Positions 43,500-56,225 of a stretch of 64,000 nucleotides of DNA are shown one piece after another. Source of the DNA: Macrostomum lignano (taxonomy: Eukaryota); NCBI GenBank assembly GCA_002269645.1, contig NIVC01002312.1:62001-126000 (forward strand), given 5' to 3'. The position numbers and the translations under genes are program-made. A model generated the notes under the pieces. That model was given only the letters and a program-made list of their open reading frames with translations, was not told where the DNA came from and made no database searches. Within the stretch, counting starts at the first letter, position 1. Every line of letters starts with the position of its first letter.

Positions 43500-43700
43500 A
43501 GGCGGTTCCAGGATGCCTTGTTGAATCTCAGCAGAAAAGAGATCAGGGCCACGGGCGTTACGCGACACACTGCTTCCTCCATGGAAAGTCCGTGGAAAGT
43601 CCGTGGATCATCTGCACCACCTCGGGCCAAACCCATCCTTGAATGAGGTCTGAAAACCCGGGAACATATCTCGCGGGTTGTCAGGTTCCTCCGGGCAGCC
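43500..43700 (+). pseudogene. Possible decayed 3' fragment of a non-LTR retrotransposon ORF2
   Basis: Across three frames: DALLNLSRKEIRA, HCFLH, HLHHLG, KTREHI and VVRFLRA. These recall the post-RNase H region, CCHC knuckle and C-terminus of I/Ingi-like ORF2. Frameshifts and stops are present, and the similarity was judged by eye. Confidence 0.35.
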
Positions 43701-43800
43701 AGTCGAGTAATTTCTTTCCTCACGGGGATCATCACGCTGCAGGAAGGCCGTCGGACGTCCCTGACTGGCCCAGCGCCTTTGCGGTTGAGGAAGACGCTGC

Positions 43801-46800
43801 CTGAAGGGCTGAAGGATTGGGGTAGACGCCCTGAAGGGCTAAAGGATTGGGGTAGACGCCCTGAATGGTTGAAGGATTTAGGTAGACACCCCTGAAGGGC
43901 TGAAGGATTGAGGTGGACGCCCCTGAAGGGCTGAAAGATTGGGGTAGACACCCTGACTGGTTGAAGGATTTAGGTAGACACCCCTGAAGGGCTAAAGGAT
44001 TGGGGTAGACGCCCTGAAGGGCTAAAGGATTGGGGTAGACGCCCTGAAGGGCTAAAGGATTGGGGAGACGCCCTGAAGGGCTAAAGGATTGGGGTAGACG
44101 CCCTGAATGGTTGAAGGATTTAGGTAGACACCCCTGAAGGGCTGAAGGATTTAGGTAGACGCCCCTGAAGGGCTAAAGAATTTAGGTAGACGCCCCTGAA
44201 GGGCTAAAGGATTGGGGTAGACGCCCTGAATGGTTGAAGGATTTAGGTAGACACCCCTGAAGGGCTGAAGAATTGAGGTGGACGCCCCTGAAGGGCTGAA
44301 GGATTGGGGTAGACACCCTGACTGGTTGAAGGATTTAGGTAGACACCCCTGAAGGGCTGAAGGATTGGGGTGGACGCCCCTGAAGGGCTGAAGGATTGGG
44401 GTGGACGCCCTGAAGGGCTAAAGGATTGGGGAGACGCCCTGAAGGGCTAAAGGATTGGGGTAGACGCCCTGAAGGGCTAAAGGATTGGGGAGACGCCCTG
44501 AATGGTTGAAGGATTTAGGTAGACGCCCCTGAAGGGCTAAAGGATTGGGGTAGACGCCCTGAATGGTTGAAGGATTTAGGTAGACACCCCTGAAGGGCTG
44601 AAGGATTGGGGTGGACGCCCCTGAAGGGCTGAAGGATTGGGGTAGACACCCTGACTGGTTGAAGGATTTAGGTAGACACCCCTGAAGGGCTGAAGGATTG
44701 AGGTGGACGCCCCTGAAGGGCTGAAGGATTGGGGTAGACACCCTGACTGGTTGAAGGATTTAGGTAGACACCCCTGAAGGGCTAAAGGATTGGGGTAGAC
44801 GCCCTGAAGGGCTAAAGGATTGGGGTAGACGCCCTGAATGGTTGAAGGATTTAGGTAGACACCCCTGAAGGGCTGAAGGATTGAGGTGGACGCCCCTGAA
44901 GGGCTGAAGGATTGGAGTAGACACCCTGACTGGTTGAAGGATTTAGGTAGACACCCCTGAAGGGCTGAAGGATTGGGGTGGACGCCCCTGAAGGGCTGAA
45001 GGATTGGGGTAGACACCCTGACTGGTTGAAGGATTTAGGTAGACACCCCTGAAGGGCTAAAGGATTGGGGTAGACGCCCTGAAAGGCTAAAGGATTGGGG
45101 TAGACGCCCTGAATGGTTGAAGGATTTAGGTAGACACCCCTGAAGGGCTGAAGGATTGAGGTGGACGCCCCTGAAGGGCTGAAGGATTGGGGTAGACACC
45201 CTGACTGGTTGAAGGATTTAGGTAGACACCCCTGAAGGGCTAAAGGATTGGGGTAGACGCTCTGAAGGGCTAAAGGATTGGGGTAGACGCCCTGAATGGT
45301 TGAAGGATTTAGGTAGACACCCCTGAAGGGCTAAAGGATTGGGGTAGACGCCCTGACTGGTTGAAGGATTTAGGTAGACACCCCTGAAGGGCTGAAGGAT
45401 TGAGGTGGACGCCCCTGAAGGGCTGAAGGATTGGGGTAGACACCCTGACTGGTTGAAGGATTTAGGTAGACACCCCTGAAGGGCTGAAGGATTGAGGTGG
45501 ACGCCCCTGAAGGGCTGAAGGATTGGGGTAGACACCCTGACTGGTTGAAGGATTTAGGTAGACACCCCTGAAGGGCTGAAGGATTGGGGTGGACGCCCCT
45601 GAATGGTTGGAGGATTTAGGTAGACGCCCCTGAAGGGCTAAAGGATTGGGGTAGACGCCCTGAATGGTTGAAGGATTTAGGTAGACACCCCTGAAGGGCT
45701 GAAGGATTGGGGTGGACGCCCCTGAAGGGCTGAAGGATTGGGGTAGACACCCTGACTGGTTGAAGGATTTAGGTAGACACCCCTGAAGGGCTGAAGGATT
45801 GAGGTGGACGCCCCTGAAGGGCTGAAGGATTGGGGTAGACACCCTGACTGGTTGAAGGATTTAGGTAGACACCCCTGAAGGGCTAAAGGATTGGGGTAGA
45901 CGCCCTGAAGGGCTAAAGGATTGGGGTAGACGCCCTGAATGGTTGAAGGATTTAGGTAGACACCCCTGAAGGGCTGAAGGATTGAGGTGGACGCCCCTGA
46001 AGGGCTGAAGGATTGGGGTAGACACCCTGACTGGTTGAAGGATTTAGGTAGACACCCCTGAAGGGCTGAAGGATTGGGGTGGACGCCCCTGAAGGGCTGA
46101 AGGATTGGGGTAGACACCCTGACTGGTTGAAGGATTTAGGTAGACACCCCTGAAGGGCTAAAGGATTGGGGTAGACGCCCTGAAAGGCTAAAGGATTGGG
46201 GTAGACGCCCTGAATGGTTGAAGGATTTAGGTAGACACCCCTGAAGGGCTGAAGGATTGAGGTGGACGCCCCTGAAGGGCTGAAGGATTGGGGTAGACAC
46301 CCTGACTGGTTGAAGGATTTAGGTAGACACCCCTGAAGGGCTAAAGGATTGGGGTAGACGCCCTGAAGGGCTAAAGGATTGGGGTAGACGCCCTGAATGG
46401 TTGAAGGATTTAGGTAGACACCCCTGAAGGGCTAAAGGATTGGGGTAGACGCCCTGACTGGTTGAAGGATTTAGGTAGACACCCCTGAAGGGCTGAAGGA
46501 TTGAGGTGGACGCCCCTGAAGGGCTGAAGGATTGGGGTAGACACCCTGACTGGTTGAAGGATTTAGGTAGACACCCCTGAAGGGCTGAAGGATTGAGGTG
46601 GACGCCCCTGAAGGGCTGAAGGATTGGGGTAGACACCCTGACTGGTTGAAGGATTTAGGTAGACACCCCTGAAGGGCTGAAGGATTGGGGTGGACGCCCC
46701 TGAATGGTTGGAGGATTTAGGTAGACACCCCTGAAGGGCTGAAGGATTGAGGTGGACGCCCCTGAAGGGCTGAAGGATTGGGGTAGACACCCTGAATGGT

Positions 46801-47752
46801 TGAAGGATTTAGGTAGACACCCCTGAAGGGCTAAAGGATTGGGGTAGACGCCCTGAAGGGCTAAAGGATTGGGGAGACGCCCTGAAGGGCTAAAGGATTG
46901 GGGAGACGCCCTGAAGGGCTAAAGGATTGGGGTAGACGCCCTGAAGGGCTAAAGGATTGGGGAGACGCCCTGAAGGGCTAAAGGATTGGGGTAGACGCCC
47001 TGAATGGTTGAAGGATTTAGGTAGACACCCCTGAAGGGCTGAAGGATTGGGGTGGACGCCCCTGAAGGGCTAAAGGATTGGGGTAGACGCCCTGAATGGT
47101 TGAAGGATTTAGGTAGACACCCCTGAAGGGCTGAAGGATTGAGGTGGACGCCCCTGAAGGGCTGAAGGATTGGGGTAGACACCCTGAATGGTTGAAGGAT
47201 TTAGGTAGACACCCTGAAGGGCTAAAGGATTGGGGTAGACGCCCTGAAGGGCTAAAGGATTGGGGAGACGCCCTGAAGGGCTAAAGGATTGGGGAGACGC
47301 CCTGAAGGGCTAAAGGATTGGGGTAGACGCCCTGAAGGGCTAAAGGATTGGGGAGACGCCCTGAAGGGCTAAAGGATTGGGGTAGACGCCCTGAATGGTT
47401 GAAGGATTTAGGTAGACACCCCTGAAGGGCTGAAGGATTGGGGTGGACGCCCCTGAAGGGCTAAAGGATTGGGGTAGACGCCCTGAATGGTTGAAGGATT
47501 TAGGTAGACACCCCTGAAGGGCTGAAGGATTGAGGTGGACGCCCCTGAAGGGCTGAAGGATTGGGGTAGACACCCTGACTGGTTGAAGGATTTAGGTAGA
47601 CACCCCTGAAGGGCTGAAGGATTGGGGTGGACGCCCCTGAAGGGCTGAAGGATTGGGGTGGACGCCCCTGAAGGGCTGAAGGATTGGGGTAGAAGCTCCC
47701 TGAAGGGCTGAAGGATTGGGGTAGAAGCTCCCTGAAGGGCTGAAGGATAGGG
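43801..47752. repeat. 22-23-bp G-rich minisatellite of ~3.95 kb (GAAGGGCTAAAGGATTGGGGTAGACGCCCT family) with block duplications
   Basis: Several unit variants. ORF pairs offset by exactly 1101 bp and 391 bp show higher-order duplications. Confidence 0.96.
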
Positions 47753-49014
47753 ATAAAATCCTCGGAATGTCTGAGAGAATGGCGGCAGAAGTCCCTGTAG
47801 GAGGAATTAAAGAAAATTAGCGAGATGAAAATGAGAAGTTCTAAAGGCTCGTCCAAGGTCGCCATCGAATGAGCCAAAAAAGTACAAAGCAAAAATTCAT
47901 TATATATTTACGCTCATACTCCAGGTAGTAAATCGTAACCAGAAAAATATATACTGCAAAATAATACTAAAAATCATTTACCTGCGCTCTTGTACTCAAA
48001 GCCTGGCCTCGCGGGTGGGGTTTACTGCGTGGTCGCCAGCCATTGCGTCATTTTTCTCGCATTGTCTCTTGCAGGCGGTGATCGGATCGAACACAGAGAC
48101 ACACGTTGCGTCAACACACAGATAACTCACCTACCCCGCAAACAGATAGCTAGCCCAATCTCGCCAGTTGCTCAACAATGCCTATAGGCGGGGTAAAATC
48201 GTACATTTATGAGCACACGCATCTTACTCATCTGGTTGAAATCAGTTCAGTTCAAAGTGTGGCGTGTTCTATCTGTACCTGCTGGAGACTAATAAGACAG
48301 TGCTCATCTGTCTGTCTGGGGCTGCTTTTTGCCCCATCCGCGATACTCTGGCGCAGCTGACTCAGTTTTCAACGATTTATCCGCACTGACCATCGCAGCA
48401 GCAACAACAGCCAGCCTAGAAAGATCCTTCATAGCTAATTCCGTCTGCCTCATCCAGGTAAGGTCATCTCTGTCGCCTGTTTCAGCCGGGCAGCGATGGG
48501 TAGTCAGAGAGAGAGAGAGAAACTGTCCAGAATCATTCCAACCGATGATGTCAGTTGCTGACTTGATTACGTAATAGAAGTAAGTTTTCCTACCTCTATC
48601 TGTCTCTCATGTGTTTCTGTTTGAAATCGAATGAGGAAGTGTATAGATGGGTCTGTCCTGTCCGTCCACTCAACTCTTTCTGTTGTCTTTTGCCGGTTTC
48701 AAAAAATTCTGTCCCAGGGGTAGGCGGGGCACTGGGGGAGGAGCTTTGCATCCGTTTGCTGATGTTCAGGTGTGTGCAAAGGTGTGTGCGTGCCCCATTG
48801 TGTGTCCGAGCTGACTGCTAGTTGCCAACGCAAAGAATTATAGATCCCGGTTGGGGAGGTTGAGAGATGGTTCTCATTTATCTAATGCGGGATGCTCAGA
48901 GTTTTTATAAGTGCCAAACTTGAGCTGTCAAATGAGTCGAATTTAACTGCTGATTTGCGAAGCTAATAAAGACTCTGCTTTCAGATAGATGTACGGTAAT
49001 TTTCTGACAGACTT

Positions 49015-50782
49015 GCAGACATACAGATACAGACATTTTTACAAGGACTTACCCTAATGTTCGGACACAGATGTTTACACTACAGATACCTTAGGAAATT
49101 TAAGAATACTTACAGGCTTTCAACTTGCAGACCCTTACAGACACTTACAGACACTTATAGACGCTGTAGACATATGCTTACAGACGTGTACAGATGCTTA
49201 CAGACACTTACGGACATTTATAGAAACTTACAGACACTTATAGACACTTAAAGATGCTTACAGACGTGTACAGACGCTTACAGGCGTTTACAGACACTTA
49301 CAGACACTTACGGACACTTACAGACACTTACAGACATTTACAGACACTTACAGATGCTTACAGACGCTTGCAGTAACTTACAGATACTTACAATTAACTT
49401 ACAGACACTAACAGACACTTACAGATACTTTCAGACACTTACAGACATTTACAGACACTTACAGATACTTACAGACACTTACAGATACTTACAGATACTT
49501 ACAGGCACTTACAGACGCTTACAGACACTTAGACACTTATTACAGACACTTACAGACACTTACAGATACTTACAGACACTTACAGAGACTTACAGACACT
49601 TACATACACTTGCAGACATTTACGGACACTTACGGACACATACAAGCGCTTACAGACACTTACAGACACTAACAGATACTTACAGACACTTACAGACACT
49701 TACGGATACTTATAGACACTTACAGACGCTTACAGACACTTACAGACACTTACAGACACTTATAGACGCTGTAGACATATGCTTACAGACGTATACAGAT
49801 GCTTACAGACACTTACGGACATTTATAGAAACTTACAGACACTTATAGACACTTAAAGATGCTTACAGACGTGTACAGACGCTTACAGGCGTTTACAGAC
49901 ACTTACAGACACTTACGGACACTTACAGACACTTACAGACATTTACAGACACTTACAGATGCTTACAGACGCTTGCAGTAACTTACAGATACTTACAATT
50001 AACTTACAGACACTAACAGACACTTACAGATACTTTCAGACACTTACAGACATTTACAGACACTTACAGATACTTACAGACACTTACAGATACTTACAGA
50101 TACTTACAGGCACTTACAGACGCTTACAGACACTTAGACACTTATTACAGACACTTACAGACACTTACAGATACTTAAAGACACTTACAGAGACTTACAG
50201 ACACTTACATACACTTGCAGACATTTACGGACACTTACGGACACATACAAGCGCTTACAGACACTTACAGACACTAACAGATACTTACAGACACTTACAG
50301 ACACTTACGGATACTTATAGACACTTACAGACGCTTACAGACACTTACAGACACTTACGGATACTTATAGACACTTACAGACGCTTACAGACACTTACAG
50401 ATGCTTACAGACGCTTACAGACACTTACAGATACTCACAGACACTTACAGACACTTACAGACACTTACAGACACATACAGACGCTTACAGACACTAACAT
50501 ACACTTGCAGACATTTACGGACACTTACGGACACATACAAGCGCTTACAGACACTTACAGACACTAACAGATACTTACAGACACTTACAGACACTTACGG
50601 ATACTTATAGACACTTACAGACGCTTACAGACACTTACAGATGCTTACAGACGCTTACAGACACTTACAGATACTCACAGACACTTACAGACACTAACAG
50701 ACACTTACAGACACATACAGACGCTTACAGACACTTACAGACACTTACAGACACTTATAGACACAGACACTTACAGACACTT
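49015..50782. repeat. 10-bp minisatellite (ACAGACACTT) with a 605-bp block duplication
   Basis: Visible directly. The ORFs at 49354 and 49959 are near-identical. Confidence 0.95.
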
Positions 50783-52994
50783 AAAAGACGCTGCATTTAG
50801 CAACAAGACTGAGATGAGCTTGGACATACATATAAATTCCATAAAAATCTTCCCCAATCAAAATGGTTACATTAGGAAACTCACTATGCACCTACTGGGC
50901 TTTAATTGATTTATTAAACTAGAATTCTCCCGAAATTGACCTTCTTAGTAGAAATATAAATCCTTACAAGATCATACGCAACCCTCTGCCTTAATTCCCT
51001 TTTTAGTTCCATAGAGCTTATCGCTGACCGAATCCGCGATGCGCAGACAATTAAATTTTGCATCCAATTAGATAGACAATTAAAATGCGCTCAATGTTGC
51101 CACCTTGTGAGGAGAAGGCCCGCATAGACACGGTGCAGTGTGAATCAAATACTACACGGATATCACTGCACTCAATTATCACTGTACAAGTCATGCATTG
51201 TTACATAAATGCTTATAATTGACTGTAAATATTGAGCACGGACACAATGCGCGGCTCCTCACACACAAGACACAGCGGGAAGTCCCGACTATTATTCAGA
51301 TCTGGAAATTGAAACATCAGCACTGCATTAGGAGCGTATATAGGGGGCCGATTCTCGCCAGTGTTTGCGCTGCTCTTCGCACTGCAATAACGGGTGGTCA
51401 CTGCCGGGTTCTGCACCGATCAGCTCAGCAGGGGGTCGGGCGGTTTATGATTATTCAGTGCTGCTGCTATTCTCTCTTACTTTCTGTAAGATCTCAGACC
51501 TGTCATGTACACCGCCACCCCACCCCGCGCGGCTATTGTTGTGAGTCTGCGCGGCACTGGCGTCAGTGGCGGTGGCGGCGGCGGGTCAAGATGGCGACAT
51601 TGGTCTGGCGGCCTGTCAGTCACGGGATCTCCCAAAGCCTACAGTGTGAGTCCTTCACCAGTGTGAGCTGATGCACCAGCGTGTCTGCGTGCCAATTTTT
51701 GATTAGTCTTTGATCAGGTGACCCCGTCGTGACAGACAGGAAGGTCGGGCAAGCAGCCTATTATGCTAGGTTTCTCTTTTCTATTAAGTAAGTAACTTTC
51801 CCTTTAAGCACAATTGCAGCATTCATCTTACTAACTGCCTTTACTCAACTGGGAGCTCAGCTTCACAAAAACCTGTTTTTCATCTTTACAACTTTGGAGG
51901 GCGATGCCCACTTGATGCCCCTGTCTGATTGCGCAATTCAATTGGTTGGATAGACCGGTCTGAATTGGATGTCAGTCTCGTCTCATCTACAAACGGTAGG
52001 CGGAGATATGAGCAAGATAAATACACGGTACAACCCCTCAACTGAGCTGTTTACAACCAAAATCCGCAATTTCACGGATGAGGCATTGTCGTGTCATTTG
52101 AGTCTGTTCGACTTCTGACCTTCGAATAGCTCTAAATAGCTCCTGCTCTCGAACAAACGCACACCCTAGGGGGTTATACGTGGGCGCGAATATAGACCTC
52201 CTGAAGATGAGACAGCTTGAACTCCGAACCGAACCGTTCTCAATCGAGACCAGTTTCCCTACCTCACCCACACTGTATCTGTTTCTCACCCAGTCTCAAA
52301 GGTGTCGCTCCAGAGAAGTAAACTCAGCAAAAGTGGCCAGTCCAGTGAAATTGGCAGGTAAAAGTAGGGGGGGGGGGAGGGGTAGCGAGAAGCATTGAAG
52401 AAACCCGAGGCTGAGAAATGGGGACCAAAGCGGAGCAGCTCATTAATTATGCAGACAGATTATGGTTGTGCCGGCCGAGTCCCAAATGGCACCAAGCCAA
52501 CACGATCCACTTCACTTTTCACACCTCATCAGCAGCACAAAAATTTTATTTTCCCCGCTGTTTCGAGCTGAGCGAGGCCACCAAGTCCTCCGTGGGCAGC
52601 GTGTGCGAGCGTCTGGAAGGTGCTGGAGACAATTAACCTGTTTGAATGGCAAGTGTCCGTCCTTGGGCCACTGGGGAGACTCCTGTGTCCGGTGGGAGGG
52701 GCCGCTCCCCACTGAAGCATATGGGAAGTTGTCCCTTTCCTCACCCCCAGCGGCCCTTCTGCGCCAGTTCCCAGCGGATGTTATGGGAGTTTGGGGCTGG
52801 GAGACCACTGGGAGAGGAAGTGAAAGATTCTGCATCGTCTGGGGGATGCGTGAGATTCTGCTGTAGGCAAGGACAGGTAGGGCTGTTGCAGAAATTTGGA
52901 GTGAATTTCATGTTTGAGGAAACTCGTTCTTGCAAAATGTAATATTACTATAGCTCTGATTATGTTCACGGAAGTATTTTTACACTAAATGATA

Positions 52995-53545
52995 CTTCAG
53001 ACTGTGATACTGTAGAGTGAGATACTGGAGAGCAAGATACTGTAGAGAGACATACTGGAGAGTGAGAGACTGGAGAGTGAGATACTTTAGAGTGAGATAC
53101 TGAAGAGTGAGATACTGAAGAATGAGTTACTGTAGAATGACATACTGGAGAGGGAGATACTGAAGAGCGAGATACTTAAGAGTGTGATACTTCAGAGTGA
53201 GATTCTGAAGAATGAGTTACTGTAGAGTGAGATACTGTAGTGACATACTGGAGAGGGAGATACTGAAGAGTGAGATACTTCAGAGTAAGATACTGTAAAT
53301 TAAGACGCTGGAGAGAGAGATGCTGGATAGAGAGATGCTGGAGAGAGAGATACTGGAGAGTGAGATACTTCAGGGCGAGATACTTTAGAGTGTAATACTT
53401 CAGAGTGAGATACTTCAGAGTGAGATACTTCAGAGTGAGATACTTCAGAATGAGATACTTCAAAGTGAGATACTGGAGAGGAAGATACTGTAGAGTGAGA
53501 TACTTCAGAGTAAGATACTGTAGAGTGACATAATGGATAGTGAGA
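52995..53545. repeat. 15-bp minisatellite (GAGTGAGATACTTCA family)
   Basis: 5-aa periodicity (YLTLK) on the minus strand. Confidence 0.92.
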
Positions 53546-55624
53546 GACTGGTGAAAAGTGACTGATTTATAATGTTTTTGTGACAGACCGCACAGAGCAA
53601 GCATCAGTTATTGATCAGCGCCAGCTTTCACATTACACCCAACCCGCTCTGCGCCCACCTGCGAACAAAGGTGGCTCGTGCCACAGTCGCAGGTTTCTCA
53701 GCCTCTCCGGCTCATCGCATGGGCGGGGCAGGCTGACCCCCCCCCCCCTATTGCGCAACAAGAAGTTCGCGCGTGCGAGGACCGCAAGGCATTACAGTTT
53801 AGCACCCCATTTCCTATGGTTGAGCAATTGTTGAAAAACAACTGGATGGATGTGCCCAAGCTGTGGCAGAGCAGTCCGAGTCTACTAACTCCCCACCCCC
53901 TGAGGCAGCGCTGCTTGCGCATGCAGATAGGATAGACATGAACTGGCTTTTTCCTATGCAGCTCATCCTCTGCTTGAGCTTGCGCAATCCAGCTGAACTC
54001 TCGGCTTTATTGAATGGAATTCCCTAATTTTGTGTCTCCCTACTTTCGCACCTTTAACAGAGCCAACAGACAGGCAGAGGGCATATGGCGGGGCTCATCA
54101 GCTGGTTTTGAGGAGGTCAGGCAGGACAAGGATGATGTGCGCAGAGCACTGAGATGGCGCCCTGTCTATTTTACTAATTGGATGGGCCAATGCACATACT
54201 TTTTTGGCTAGAAGTGTAGACAGAGTTCGAGCGAAACATGCACTGCTGCTTGGCTTTATAGTTTAGGCGCCAGAAACTGCTTGCGACGCATTTCAGTTTT
54301 TGAAAGGCTTTGCATGTCAACCATCGGAAGGCAAGACGCCGAGGTGAAGTCATCTTCTGCCGCGCAAGCAGATTACGGTGATTAGAAATTGATGGGGTCA
54401 CTCTCTTTTTTTCAAATCGGTTAGCAACGAGAAGTTTTGTCCGTTGGCATTAAATTAGATAATCTCTTGAGTCAACTTTCTTATTTTATTAACTAAGTGT
54501 ATAATAGATCTAATCGCTTGGGGGTATCCGAGGCCCGAGGTATCCAAGGTAAAGGTGAAAAACGTTCGGATTATATTTTTTAGAATGCGCAAGGTGGAGA
54601 GGAAGTGAGGATTTATAATCCCTCTTGAACCTCGGTAGTGGTGAAGCAATGGGCTGCAGGTATTTAACTGCAATCCCCCCCCGGCTCCACCCAATTTTCG
54701 GTGGGTTGAAAACTTTTTTTCGGCATTTTTCGGGCTTCTTTTCGGCACACAGAAACTCGGGCCGGTTCGCCTGGCGGTTGGGGGGGAGTTTAAACCCGCT
54801 CAGCTTCACGCCCCCATCAGATAATGGGCCCAAACACCCCCTTATCGGTCTGAAAAAGTTTGTAATTTAGCCAGCCTGTAGACTTCACTACGATTCTCAT
54901 TAACAAGCTCGGGCAGAAAATGCCTGTAAAAAACTTTATTTTTGTTTTCATTCCGATCTCGAGTTTTATCTCCCAACCTGCATCGCTAGAGTTCAAGATT
55001 GGGTCACAGTTCATGCTGCACAATGACTCATAAAATATTCATCAATCGTACTATTATAGCGATCACAATGTATTGATGTCCCTCTGCAGCTCTGGATATT
55101 GATAGCCGCTCTTTCATTCATTTGCACTAAAAGCAAGTAGAGGGAAGGATATACAGAGAAAATGCTTTATCCTCTCTGGCACTATCATCCTCCCCTGACC
55201 GCCCATGCAGCCTCCCGCATAGTATCCCACGCGCTGCATCATTTCTCGGCCAGTTTTTCCTACAGGAATACCAAGCTTGGGGAGGTGGCGTCGGGAGGTT
55301 CCTTTTTGTGCTGCCTCGCTCGCTTGTGGAATCATTTCAGCGCATCCATTTCACTTCCCCTATCTCCGCTTTCTCCATTGCCCACCTCTCTCTCTCTTCC
55401 CTGAAGTTCCTTCCAGACACTTTGATGTGAAAGCAACCCGCATGGCTGGCAGAGTGAAAAACCGCTTTAATACGCAAATATCTATTGCAAGCTTTTTTGT
55501 CCTGTCCCAGTTGCGGTGCACAAAACTGTTTTCATTACCACTTGCTCACTGCAGTTTGTCAGCGTATAAACAAAGTATATAGCATCCGTGGCATAAAAGT
55601 TCAACGTTTCTGACAGAAAGTCTG

Positions 55625-55922
55625 CGTCACTGACAACTGACACTGGTTTAGCATCACTGACACTGGTTTAGCATCACTGACACTAGTTTAGCATCACTGA
55701 CACTAGTTTAGCATCACTGACACTAGTTTAGCATCACTGACACTTGTTTAGCATCCATGACACTGGTTTAGCATCACTGACACTGGTTTAGCAGCACTGA
55801 CACTTGTTTAGCATCACTGACACTGGTTTAGCATCACTGACACTGGTTTAGCAGCACTGACACTTGTTTAGCATCACTGACACTGGTTTAGCATCACTGA
55901 CACTAGTTTAGAATCACTGACA
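55625..55922. repeat. 20-bp minisatellite (ACTGACACTGGTTTAGCATC)
   Basis: Visible directly. Confidence 0.94.
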
Positions 55923-55949
55923 CAAAACTTAGTATCTTTGACACAGAAA

Positions 55950-56225
55950 ATCAAGCTTTCCTGACTCAACTTCAAGCATTCCTGATACAACTTCAAGCAT
56001 TCCTGACACAATTATAAGCAATCCTGACACAATTATAAGCAATCCTGACACAACTTCAAGCCTTCCTGACACAATTATAAGCAATCCTGACACAATTATA
56101 AGCAATCCTGACACAAAGTCAAGCAATCCTGACACAACTTCAAGCCTTCCTGACACAAATTCAAGCAATCCTGACACAAAGTCAAGCAATCCTGACACAA
56201 ATTCAAGCATTCCTGACTCAAAGTT
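55950..56225. repeat. 21-bp minisatellite (CCTGACACAACTTCAAGCATT)
   Basis: 7-aa periodicity on the minus strand. Confidence 0.92.
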
